A stretch of 63,742 nt of DNA, filler included, from Folioceros fuciformis (taxonomy: Eukaryota): the NCBI GenBank assembly GCA_049999805.1. It is 9 parts of 9 records of this genome, joined end to end, with 100 filler letters (N's around TTAATTAATTAA, not from the genome) between each part and the next. Parts side by side here need not be neighbours in the genome. Positions count along the whole stretch, not along the records: positions 18,263 to 28,656 come from JBNGIO010005103.1; positions 28,757 to 33,180 come from JBNGIO010005104.1; positions 33,281 to 46,823 come from JBNGIO010005105.1; 6 more parts are not named here. The stretch is one strand, 5' to 3'. This document shows positions 24,809 through 36,667 of this stretch, in pieces (the stretch's first letter is position 1; the number at the start of each line of letters is the position of its first letter). A program made the position numbers and the translations under genes. The notes under the pieces were generated by a model. It searched no databases and was not told the DNA's origin. It saw only the letters and a list, made by a program, of their open reading frames with translations.

Positions 24809-25185
24809 TGTAGGGTTATTAAAGCCCAATGTGCTTAGGCTAATGTGTTTAGTCTAAGATTAGTGTCTACTTAATGTGCTTAGACTAATGTGTTTAGTCT
24901 AAGATTAGTGTCTACTTAATGTGCTTAGACTTATGTGTTTAGTCTAAGATTAGTGTCTAGTTAAGTATCATTAGTTTAGATTAGCTTAAGCTAATCTGTA
25001 GGAAGCTTCTTGTGCAGCTTCCTGTGAGCTTCTTGTGAAGCATCCTAGGGAGCTCTTCTAGAGGGTATAAATACCCCCTTGAGCTCCCTTGCCAACCACT
25101 CTCAATGTGACCTCTTTTTCTCCTCTCCTCTCTGCCTCCTCTTCTCCTCTCCTCTCCTCCACTATGCTCCTCTAGTGATCTTACA
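24809..25185 (+). repeat. 5' LTR of a copia element, containing 3 x 45-bp tandem units (24828-24962) and a TATA box
   Basis: TGTAG...TTACA termini; GGGTATAAATA near 25062; PBS follows immediately; homologous solo LTR at 59418-59708. Confidence 0.9.
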
Positions 25186-25187
25186 AG

Positions 25188-25199
25188 TGGTATCAGAGC
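25188..25199 (+). promoter_or_regulatory. Primer-binding site for initiator tRNA-Met
   Basis: TGGTATCAGAGC 2 nt after the LTR CA end. Confidence 0.92.
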
Positions 25200-25789
25200 A
25201 GGTTGTGGAGCAGGTTGTGGAGCAAGACCATGAAGATGGCCATCTAGGAGGGGGAGGGGCGCCACACAGGCGCCACCTCGACGCCATGCAGGCGCCACCT
25301 AGGCGCCAGTGAGAGCCACTTGGGCACCACCTAGGCGCCATGTGAGCGCCAGCGGGCGCCACATCAGCGCCGCATGGGCACCACGCGGGCACCACGCAGG
25401 CGCGACTTGGGCACCATGCGGGCGCCACCTTGGCGCCACTTGGGCGCCACTTGGGCGCCACTTGGACGCCACCTAGGCGCCACTGGGCACCACGTGGGCG
25501 CGCGTGATGCGCGAAACGAGCGTGCCAGTGAAGCGAGGACCCGATTGACGAGCGTCGGAAAGTGAACAAATCGCAGACGCCGGGAGCGAGAGTGTGGGCG
25601 CCGTATTGACCCCGGCTGAGGAAGTCAGGATCTCGATCAGACGTAGAGGACATTCCTGTTATGAGCGATAGAGGCCCAAGTTGTGGACATACGATTCGGA
25701 AGAAGTTGTGAGGGTAACCTGTAGAATCTACATTTCATTTCGACCAATTTCAAACTAGCCTTTTGGTTGATTTGGATCGATTTTGAAGC

Positions 25790-28656
25790 ATGACGTCCTC
25801 AGAAAACGTCATGTTCAATATCGAGAAGTTAGATGGTACTAACTTCCCGTTCTGGAAAGAACAAGTGTATAATGTTCTAGTACAGAAGAAGCAGATCAAG
25901 CCCATCAAGCTGCTAGGAGTGAAACCTGTTAGCATGACTCAGGATGAGTGGCAGGATCTAGATGAGCTTGCTATGTCTACCATCATGCTAACAGTGTCGA
26001 AGTCGGTCTACTTCAACGTGAAAGACAAGACCACAAGTTTCGAGCTATGGCAGAAGCTGTGTGACTTGTATGAGAAGCAAAGTGCGGCTTCTCAAGTGTA
26101 TTGGTTGAAACAGCTGGTGGACTTGAAGATGAAGGAAGGGACGAGGATGTCCGATCATCTGAATGAGTTGAATACCATTTTCAGCCAGCTCTCATCTCAA
26201 GGTATCTCGTTCCCAGATTCCGTGAGAGCTATGTTTCTGTTGGTCACATTACCAGAGAGTTGGGACACCTTCCGTACGGCTCTGAGTAATTCCGCTCCTG
26301 CCAGTGGTCTTACCGTTGTAAATGTAGAAGGTAGCCTGTTAACAGAGGAGGTGAACAGGAAGAATATGGAACCTTCGAAAGGTTCTAATGCCCTCATGGT
26401 GAGAGGAAGGTCCACTTCAAAGAGGAAGTACAAGGAGCGAAGTTCTTCCCGTAGCGAATCTCGTAGTCGTAACAATGTTGAGTGTTACCATTGTCACAAG
26501 AAGGGTCACATCAGAAGGGACTGCGAGAAGTTCAAGAAGGAAAAAGGCAAGGAGAAGAAGCAGAGCGACAACAAGGCAGATTCGAGTATCGAGCATGATG
26601 AGGTGAACTCTGTTGACGATGAAGATGTTCTTATCTCTTCTTCTTTTGGTTCTGCACAACTGACTGCCATGGAGAGTCACTTATTCTCTAATTGGATAAT
26701 TGACTCTGCAGCATCTTTCCATATTACTCCGCATAGGGAGTGGTTTAGCACTTATGATGCTACTAGGAAAGGATGTGTTCGGCTTGGAAATAACTACGCG
26801 TGCGAGATAGCAGGCGTTGGTGATGTGCAGCTGAAGTTCGACAACGGATCTTCATTCACACTAAAGGATGTCAGGCATGTTCCGAAGTTGACCAAAAGCA
26901 TGATTAGCGCAGGGCAGTTGGATGACGCTGGCTACCACTGTTGGTTTGGAGATCGTTCTTGGAAGATCTCCAAAGGTTCTCTTGTGATAGCTCGTGGATC
27001 GAAGTGTGGCACTTTGTACTCACTTCAGGTAACCACTGTCAAGGATCATGTGATTTGTGTAGCGGAACAGCTAAGTGTTTCCTTGTGGCATAGTCGGTTA
27101 GGACATATGTCTCAGAAAGGAATGAAGATCTTATCTCGTTTTGGTTACGTCCTTGCTCTTGACTTCTCCGGTTTCTCCGTGTGTGAGCACTGTTTGTATG
27201 GAAAACAGACGAAGTCACCACATGGAGCAAGAGGTAAACACAAAAGTAAACCTCTTGAATTGGTTCACTGTGACATTTGTGGACCTATGCCCACTGTGTC
27301 GTTAGGCGGTGCATCTTATTTTGTCACTTTCATTAATGACTTCTCACGCAAGGTGTGGGTTTATCCTTTGAGGAAAAAGGATGATGTTCTGACAGTGTTT
27401 CAGAAATTCGTCACCCTTGTGGAGAATGAGTCTGGCCTCCGGCTGAAGTGTCTAAGGACAGACAATGGGGGAGAGTATGTCTCGAAGGCTTTCCAGTCAT
27501 TCTGTGATTCCAAGGGAATCAAGAGAGAATTGACTGCATCGTATACTCCTCCCCAGAATGGTGTGGCTGAGCGGATGAACATGACCATCCAGGAGAGGAT
27601 GCATAGTTTGTTGTCAAACTCTGGATTGCCTAACGGATTTTGGGCAGAAGCGGTGGTTATGGCAGTGCATCTTATTAACAGATCTCCTAATAGGGCTGTG
27701 GATGAACAGGTTCCAGAGAAGATGTGGTCTGGAAAGAAGCCGTCATACAAACATCTATGAGTGTTTGGCTGCGAGGCATACTACCATGTTCCGAAGGAGT
27801 TTCGCGACAAGTTGGCTCCTAAGTCAAGAAAATGTATTTTTCTTGGCTATGGTGAATCTGGTGAGATGGGATACCGTCTGTGGGATCCAGAAGCCAAGAG
27901 GATGGTTCGCAGCAATGATGTGTTCTTCAATGAGACCAAGATGCACAAGAAGCCTACTCCAACTGTGGAGGTGCGACGGGTGGTCTTCCAAGAAGATGGA
28001 CTTGACCGCCCCGCGCAGGCTGAACATCGTGATGTGCAGGAACAAGTTCCTCCACTTGTAGACGCGGAGAGAGTGCAACCAGCTCCGGTCGAGGCGCCAG
28101 TGCTTCGTAGGTCAGGAAGGATCTCACGTCCTCCTGACAGGTATGTTGCATCTCTTGATTATGTCATGCTGACGGATTGTGGGGAGCCCTCTTGTTACGA
28201 AGAGGCCATGTCAGTGACTGACAAAAACAAGTGGGAGAAGGCGATGCAGTCGCAGATGGATTCGCTCCATAAGAATCAAACTTGGGAGTTGGTTCGGTTG
28301 CCTAAGGGCAAGAAGGCGTTGCCATGCAAATGGGTGTATAAGATGAAGGACATACCCTATTATGGCAAACCCAAGTACAAGGCACGATTGGTTGCTAAAG
28401 GTTTTAAGCAACAGCAAGGTATTGACTTTGATGAGATTTTCTCACCAGTTGTCAAAATGACTACCTTGAGATGTGTTCTTGGTCTGGTTGCGAGGAACGA
28501 CATGGAACTTGTCCAGATGGATATGAAGTCGGCATTTCTGCATGGTGATCTTCATGAAGAGGTATACATGCAGCAACCAGAGGGTTTCATTGAGTAAGGC
28601 AAAGAGAGCCTGGTGTGCAGGTTAAAGAAGAGCCTTTATGGTTTGAAGCAGGCACC
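25790..28656 (+). mobile_element. Ty1/copia gag-pol (Tnt1/Tork-like) with in-frame stops at 27758 and 28595; runs off the contig end
   Basis: IEKLDGTNFPFWKEQ; knuckle CYHCHKKGHIRRDC; PR WIIDSAASFH; INT LELVHCDICGP, RTDNGGEY, PQNGVAER; RT ALPCKWVYK, KARLVAKGF, QMDMKSAFLHG. Confidence 0.95.
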
Positions 28657-28756
28657 NNNNNNNNNNNNNNNNNNNNNNNNNNNNNNNNNNNNNNNNNNNN
28701 TTAATTAATTAANNNNNNNNNNNNNNNNNNNNNNNNNNNNNNNNNNNNNNNNNNNN

Positions 28757-31700
28757 GCAGGTACGGCCTCCTGAGGTGGACTGTGCGCAGGCTCAGGTAC
28801 AGCCGGGCCCCTCCCAAGCATATGTCTCGGACTCCACAAAAGCGAGTACAGGGTTAAAGTTGGGTCCGCTAGCGGATGTGATCACGAAGGCGAGTTTTTT
28901 TCAAAGAGAGGAGGACAAACTCTCTGCCAGCTCAATTGTGGGGCGCCATATGTCTGGAGGTCCTCCTACCATGGAGGAACTAGAGGAGTGGGTGGCTCGG
29001 GTAACGGGATGCCCTCTAGTGTATGTTTTCTTGAAAGCAGATGGTTCTTTCCAGATTAAGTGTGACGAGGCCACTGGGGCGCAGGCTCTTCTACAAACAA
29101 CACTGTTCGTCCGAGATTCAGTACCGGTGGTGGTAGAGGCCTGGTCCCCCGGGAACTCCATCATGCAATCTAAAATCAAGCGGCATTTCCTATGGGTGGG
29201 TCTGCCTGCTTTGCCGGTTCAGCTCGTCCCATTGGTTCGCACAATTTTGGGGACCATTGGCAGGGTGGTGGAGGTCCCTAAGGTGGACTCCAGATTCTTT
29301 GACAGCACCAAACCACCTCGTTTCGGGGTGAGGGTCGACAGCCTCCAAGATCTGCCTGAAGGCGTAGTTGTTCGTGATGTGGAGGACCCATCTAAGAGTT
29401 TTACACAACTTTTCGATTACCCGGATCTTCCCATCCGGTGCGGAGTGTGTGGCTTGCATAATCATCTGAAGCAGGCTTGTCCTTTACGGGCTAGATCGGG
29501 ACTTCGGGGCGAGAAGGCACATTCTAGCCCCCTGCTTGGCTTCAAAGGTGCCCCTACAAAGTTCTGGAGGACTAACCCAGGAATGCAATTGTGGGCAAAA
29601 CAAGTTCAGGAAGTGTTCTTTTCGGGGAGCGGGGGCGTACACAATGCACAGGCTAAGCTGCGTGTTCTCCTAAGGAAGAAAATGGATAACACTTACTTTT
29701 ATTGGATGCCGAAGGGAGGAGACCTCAGAGCCTTACCTACACGCTCATTTCAGACCGGCGGGTCGATTGGGGGTCAGCCTCTTGAGCTCTGGTCTACCGC
29801 TAGACTAAAAGTCAAGGGCATGTTGCAGGCGGGTTTGGGGATGGATGAGCAAGCTATTAACATGATCCTGCAAGAGGCACGGCATAGTTTGGTGTGTCAC
29901 ATAGTGGAGGATAGCTCCTCTATCGTATTCGTGAATACCTTGATTGAATTGAAGGACAAATGTCGAATCCGAAACTTCAAGGTTTCGCAGTGGATGGGGG
30001 AGCCCCAGTTGTTGGCTCACATCAAGGATGCAAAATTTGGCAAAGGTAGGGTGACTCTAGCCTCTAGAGTGGTGTTCAAGGCACATCTTGGTTTTCTTGG
30101 GCTTATCCATGCCCTGATATCGATTAAACTCCCCGGCAGTTGCGAGCTAAGATGGGCAGAGGATATGACAGCTGAGGCTATGATGCCTATGGAAGAGGAC
30201 TCCAACAGTGGGGACGTAGGTAGTGCGGCACCAGCAAAAGGTTTTAAAGGTCCTGCAACTGAAGACAGGGGTTACATCGGGGGGGCCCATCAAAGGGGAA
30301 ATGCTCATCAGCTCAACAACCCCGCACCACAACAAGCGTCTTTTACTACCGGGCAGGAAGCAAGCATTGCAGGGATCGGACTCCGAGCTACACTATCAGG
30401 AGGAAAACTACAGGGTGGGATAAGTAAGGCAGCTGGTAGGACGGGCTTACAGGGGGAGTTGGGTCAACCTCATACACTGGGGAACCAAAGACAAAGGCAG
30501 ACATCCTGGTCAGCCTCTCATGGGGAGCAGCAGAGGGATCTTCAGAATCTAAAGGCAGGGAAGCTCCATAGCTTCCCGGATAAGATTGAGAAGCGCAACC
30601 TAGTGCCTCATCTGGGGAACGCGGTGGGCAACTAAGTCTTTCCAAGCTGTCAGCAGGGGGTTGGAGGTGAAAGACAACCTGATCAGTGTGTAGGTCCAAG
30701 GGGTAGGGCTGCTCCCTTGGCCCAGCAAGGTGGGGTGAGCCCTCCACTGGACGATGTGCCACTTAACAGGAAGGGAATTGGGGAAGGAGCTGATGGTACG
30801 TCGTCGGAAGTGGGGGGCAGCGCAGGGAACTTTGCCCCGGGGATTTCCACCTCCCAGCCTCTAGATGCATGGCATGTTGGCTACCCGTTGCCTGGTCCCA
30901 GCACTAGTTCTGCCTCGGCAATGGAGGAGGATGAACCTACTGATTGGGAGAGGCAAGAGGTGGAGCACACCAGTGATAAAGGAGTGGTCAGGTAGGAGGC
31001 CTTGCAAGCCTGGCAGTCACAACGAGCCTCCTAGGAGACGTCTGGAGGGTGTCAAGTTGGGGAGCTTCCGAACGGTGTTGCGTTCCAATTTGGCGAGGAG
31101 CTGTTCGGGCACCGGCTCCAAACCCTCCCTACGGCATTGTCCAAGAAGGGAGAGCAGTGCAAGGGGGAAGGATGGGGCAAGGTGGCGATCCATCCAGACG
31201 TTGGGGCCAGTGCTATAGAGCAGCCCATGCAGGTTTTACGAACGCACGTGTGTCCGAGCACTGAGAATGAGCTCCTCTCATCGCTTTCTAAGCGTGTTGA
31301 TGCAGGCACGGAGTTGGGCTCTTTGAGAGATCAAGACGCCGCAGTGGTTTTTGTTGAGGAATGCTTGCAAGTTGAGGCCTCCACGACCCCCATGGAGGGT
31401 CAGGATCAGGGTGGGGTGTGGCAGGGATTTGGTGGACATCAATATGGAAGAGCTCAGGGAGGTTTTGTGCCGGTTCCTCAAGCCAGGTCGGAAGCGAGGG
31501 TCCTGATAGGGAGTACTGCAGGCTGTGATCAGTCTGGGCTCGGGGATGTGGTAGACCGGTTGGCTTGCACCGACTCAACTCTCCAAGCAGAAAGTTTGCA
31601 GGGTGAGGCAGGTTCTTCGGTTGGCAGTCTCACCGACAAACTCAAGAAGGAATCCGTGGAAGCAGTAGAGTGTGACGCCTTGGTGGGAGAGCAAGCTGTG

Positions 31701-33180
31701 AGCTCTGCTGAAGTGCAAAAGGCATGGCCTGAGGCGCAAGATGAAATGCTTGCATGTGGTTCGGTGGTAGACGGGTGTAAAAGATCCTTGGCTTTCGGCA
31801 TGGAGAAGGAGATGTGGGATTGCTCGGGCGGTGCCCCTGGCTCACTTTATTTTTCTGGAGCCACATAGGAGCTTCCCTCTAGTGGTGTTGGCTCAAATGG
31901 CGCAGAGGCTGTGTCTTCATCGTCATCGTGCTGGGATTCAAAGCAAGAAGAACCGGGCACGGAGGGTGGCAAAGCCTTGGGGAGGAAATGTGTGGATGGG
32001 CTGGATAGTTGGCCTAGCCGGCTAATTCAACAAGACCCTCTCGGGGATATGGAAGATAGGCTTTTGAGGGAGCGATCTGGTGAGGTTTCTCCAGGAACTG
32101 GGCTTGGGGGATGTGGGGAAGCGGTGCAAGTACCTCCCGTCGAGACAGCTTGGGAGGACGAGGGCATGGTTGCAAGAACGGCTGTCGAGGCAATGGTCCA
32201 GCCTGACGAGGGGGCCTTGGCGTCGGTGCAAACAGAACTATCACTCCCTTCTATTAAGGCTCAGAAGAACTGCTCCAACTTGGCCACAGGTGCAGGCTGG
32301 GTTGGGGTGGAGGGTGTCTCGAGGGCTGGCCACAGCCCGTTGACGGGTGAGCACGAGAATTTTGGGGTCGTGGCCGACGATAGAGCTGACTTTGTGAGGC
32401 GTCCGAATGGTGTGGCCGGATGTCGACAGGGTGACCTGGGTGAGGCGAGGGCATTGTCGGCTCTCAGTGCCGGAATTCTCCAGACAGTGGCTGTCCAAGA
32501 GGGAGAAGTGAGTCCGGCTCCTAGGGCGCATGCTACTTGCCAGAAGGCACCCTGTGGGTTTGACCCTGGGAAGGAGGCCGTGGATCGGCATGTGGAATTT
32601 CCGGTTGATGGGCTAACGATGAGACATGTGGTGACGAGCAGGGCAGGACGTAGGTGTTCGGGGTCACTCAGTCACAAAGGGACGGGCTACTCAGGCAAAA
32701 GGCAGCAGGATGTCACCGGTGGGGGGGAACGGATCCGGTCCCCTGGTTCCGGAGAATCGCCCGACCAAGGCCAAGATCGTAAAGACTCAGCAACCTGGTC
32801 TCTTGGATGGGGTTTTCGAGCTCCCGTCCCGGCAGCTGGGCGGGGAGGAGGGGGAAGTGTCGGTGGTGCCGCCTGTTTGCGATACTAGCTCTGAGGACGG
32901 GTGGTGCAGCCTGGTGAGCGCTCCAGGTGTATGGCAGCAGCTGTTTTCCTCTGAGGCATCTGACAGCTACCAATCTCTAGCTCGCGACAGTAAGAACTCT
33001 GTGGAGGAGGAATATTTGAGGTGTGGGGAGGTGCACCACCAACCTCACTCGGCGTTGAAATGGAGGGAAGAGGTACCTGAGGAGAGTGAGGCAACTGGAC
33101 TGGGGATTCAACATGCCGACCAGTCCCAAAACAAGGAGGCGGCTTCGGATCCCTCAATAGCGAAGATGCAGGACGGGAAG
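28757..33180 (+). mobile_element. LINE-1-like ORF1 (open 28776-30635, then degenerate low-complexity continuation)
   Basis: DUF4283-like GSFQIKC...PVVVEAWSP...WVGLPALPVQL...IGRVVEV and zf-CCHC_4 DYPDLPIRCGVCGLHNHLKQACP. Confidence 0.75.
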
Positions 33181-33283
33181 NNNNNNNNNNNNNNNNNNNN
33201 NNNNNNNNNNNNNNNNNNNNNNNNTTAATTAATTAANNNNNNNNNNNNNNNNNNNNNNNNNNNNNNNNNNNNNNNNNNNNGGT

Positions 33284-34470
33284 TCAGCTACCGGTAGCCC
33301 CGTCGGCTACCGGGGTCGTCGTTTGACTCGGGCGCCCAGCCTTGCTCTTCCCCTTCACTCTCTCTCTGGCCTCATCCCGCTCCCGCTTGTATCTGTCAGC
33401 TAACTTCTGAGCCCGCTCCACAGCGGCTATCTCCATCTCCTGTGCCTTGGCCATTTCCTGTTGCAACTTCAGGTTAGTCTCGTGAGCCTCCCTCACCTGA
33501 GCTACCAGGGCCCCCTGTTGCTCTTTCAGCGCCTGCACTTCCGCCCTCGCCTCGCGCGCCTCTTCCTCGGCTTGAGCCTTCTCCCTGTCCAGAACCCGCT
33601 GCTTCCCCTCCAGCAGTTGCCGCGCTGTCTCCGACTCCGCCAGTTGCCTTCTTACTTCAACCTCTCGCTCACGAGCCTCCTCTTCCTTCACCTGAGCCTC
33701 AGTTTCTCGCTCGGCTTGTGCACTTAACCAGGTCAGGGCCCTAGCAGCCTGATCCAGGAGGTCTGCTTGGGCTTGTACCATTGCAGCAGTCAGTCCGGGC
33801 AAGTCCACCTCCTGCACCCTTTCAGTGCCCATTCCTCTCACCGTGATTTGTCTGCCCAGGAGTTCTCGCAACTTGTCCAGGTCCCCCACATGCAACCTGT
33901 CTCTCTGAGGCCTGCACCTGAAAATGTCCTCCCACCCTGAAAAACCCTCCTGTGCTGTAACGCGCCCTAACTTATCCTCCTGTCTGGAGGAAACTGTGTC
34001 GGCTGCCATCACCTGATCCCGTGGCTCCTCGGGTTTAGGGTCAGCCCTGACCTTGTTCCTTCAACCTTCGGTCCTCGATTCCCTGGACAGCTGGTTCTCG
34101 TTCTCCCTCCTGCTGGCCTGTCTGCTCCAGGGCTGTCCCCCCTTCCTCCTGATCAGCCCCCATGCTCACACTTGGTCCTCTGATCCTTTTCCTCCTGGTG
34201 GGAGCCTTCTTTTGTGGGGCCATCCTCTTCCTGGGCTTGGCTGGGGTTTCGATGTGATTTGTCTGCCCAGGAATTCTCGCAACTTTTCTAGGCCCCCCAC
34301 CTGCAACCTGTCTCTCTGAGGCATGCACCTGAAAATGTCCTTCCACCTTGAGAAACCCTCCTGTGCTGAAACGTGCCCTAACTTATCCTCCTGTCTGGAG
34401 GAAACTGTGTCAGCTGCCATCCCCTAATCCTGTGGCTCCTCGGGTCTTGTCTCACCCTGACCTTGCTCCT
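33284..34470 (-). pseudogene. 5'-truncated copy of the repeated coiled-coil ORF family, with an internal ~220-bp duplication (34250-34470 repeats ~33845-34060)
   Basis: Protein nearly identical to the C-terminal half of 35230-36825; AADTVSSRQEDKLG segment appears twice. Confidence 0.85.
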
Positions 34471-35039
34471 TGTGAACGAAAAAAAACTTTCAGAACCCCC
34501 ATTTTGAGCAACGGAATGAGCAGGTTGTGATTCTTTTGTGAAGGGACAGGCGAACCGGCTTAGTAAGCAAGTAAGACCGGGGTGTTTACCCCCAAAGTCC
34601 ACCTTGGGCTTCGGGGTTTGGGGAGTACGGGAGATCGGGACAAGGAGGGGGAAGCAGCGAGTGCCTCCTTGGCCCTCCGGTCATTGAGAACATTAAGGTA
34701 GGCAAAAGTAAGGGCCCGAGGTGACGGGGCAACGGTAGCCGGCAGGGCAACCGTTACCGGAGGGACGACTGGAGGTAGCCCGACGGGCGTAAGGGGAGAA
34801 AGCAGGCAGGGTATAAAAACCTAGAGAAAGGGGGGCTCTGTCCAGCATCCGAAAGTACGGGGAGCGGGCGTAACTTGAAGCGTGAAGCGGCTGAAAGAGG
34901 GGAAAGCGCCAGGACGACGGGAGAGACGGCGCAGGGTGTGAGAGGAGGAGGACAGGCAGGATGAGGGCGCGGCATGAACTGATCCTTGGAGCAGCAGCCT
35001 CTGGACAGGAGGGGAACCTCTTGTCCCCCAAATTGACCT

Positions 35040-36667
35040 ACTCCTGTGGCCCAATATGGAGCACTGGAGGGGCAGGGCATGGAAGTTGGTGGCAAAGCGG
35101 GGTCTGAGCTTTATGACCTAGAAGTGGAACCATGCAGCACCCCAGCTGGTCAGGGAGTGTGCCCTGAGGCTGATAGAGCCTGTACGCGAGGAGGGGATCA
35201 GAGGCAGACCCCAGGAATGGAGCCTAGAGTTGATTAGGAAGGTCTACGGGCGCGACCAACAGGAGGAGGGGGGACTGGTGCTGGAGTCCCTGAAGAAGCG
35301 TGGCGGGAGGGGAGCCGCGGAAACCTTGCTCAAGGTAGGCACGAAAAAGGAAGCGAACGGGTGGCTGGTGCGCGACATGGCAAGTCCCCAATTGTTGGGA
35401 TTGGCCAGGTGGTTCCTGAGCTTCTTTCGGGTGCGTAAACAAGATTATCTGTCCGACCAGATGCTCCTGTTTGTGCATGAAGTTGTAAAGGGTACCAGGA
35501 TCGACTGGGGGCGGATTTTATATGTCCGGATGGATGAGGAGAGGCAGAACTTGATCCGACCCAATCCTGAACCTTCTATGATTTCCCCATTCCTAATCCA
35601 TGTGTACAGTTACGCTAACCTAGTCACTAAGTTAGAAATGCTGGCCTCGCTGCACCTATGGAAGCCAGTTCGCGATGTGAAGTGGAAGCCCGCTGAGCCA
35701 GCAAGGGCTGCCTCCAGCATTTGGGAAGCTGACAGTGGAAATAGCTCGCAGGAGGAAACCCCAGTCAAGCCCAGGAAGAGGATGGTGCTACAGAAGAAGA
35801 CTCCTGTCAAGAGGAAAAGGGCCAGAGGACAAAGTGTGAGCATGGGGGCTGATCAGGAGGAAGAGGGGGCAACCCTGGAGCAGAAGGGCCAGCAGGAGGG
35901 AGGACGAGAACCAACAGTCCAGGGAATTGAGGACCGAAGGTTGGAGGAGCAAGGTCAGGGTGAGACAAGGCCACAGGACCAGGTGATGGCAGCGGAAACA
36001 GTTTCCTCTAGACAGGAGGATAAGTTAGGGCGCGTGTCAGCACAGGATGGTTTCTCAGGGTGGGAGGACATTTTTAGGTGCAGGCCTCAGAGAGACAGGT
36101 TGCAGGTGGGGGACCTGGACAAGTTGCGAGATTTCCTGGGCAGACAAATCACGGCAAGAGAAATGGGCACCGGAGGAGTGCAGGAGGTGGACCTACCCGG
36201 GCTGACTGCTGCGATGGTGCAAGCCCAAGCAGACCTCCTAGATCAGGCTGCTAGGGCCCTGACTTGGTTAAGTGTACAAGCGGAGCGAGAAACCGAGACT
36301 CAAGGAAAGGAGGAGGAGGCTCGTGAGCGAGAGGTTGAAGTAAGGAGGCAACTGGCGGAGTCGGAGACAGTGCGGCAACTGTTGGAGGAGAAGCAACGGG
36401 TCCTGGACAGGGAGAAGGCTCAAGCCGAGGAAGAGGCACGCGAGGCAAGGGCTGAAGTGCAAGCGCTGAAGGAACAACAGGGGGCCCTGCTAGCTCAGGT
36501 GAGGGAGGCTCACGAGGCTAACCTGGAGTTGCAACAGGAAATGGCTAAGGCACAGGAGATGGAGATAGCCGCTATGGAGCAGGCCCAGAAGTTAGCTGAC
36601 AGATACAAGCGAGAGCGGGATGAGGCCAGAGAGAGAGTGAAGGGGAAGAGCAAGGCTGGGCGCCCGA
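35040..36667 (+). pseudogene. Uncharacterised repeated ORF (conserved N-terminal domain, basic/acidic linker, long coiled coil) with a nonsense codon at 35119
   Basis: WPNMEHWRGRAWKLVAKRGLSFMT*KWNHAAPQLVRECALRL upstream of ORF 35230; DWGRILY, MISPFLIHVYSYAN; E/Q/A/R-rich heptads; TATAAAAA at ~34814. Confidence 0.85.

Noticed and set aside
24828-24962. Possible CRISPR-like array
   Set aside because: Head-to-tail tandem units with no unique spacers, inside an LTR, in eukaryotic DNA with no cas genes.
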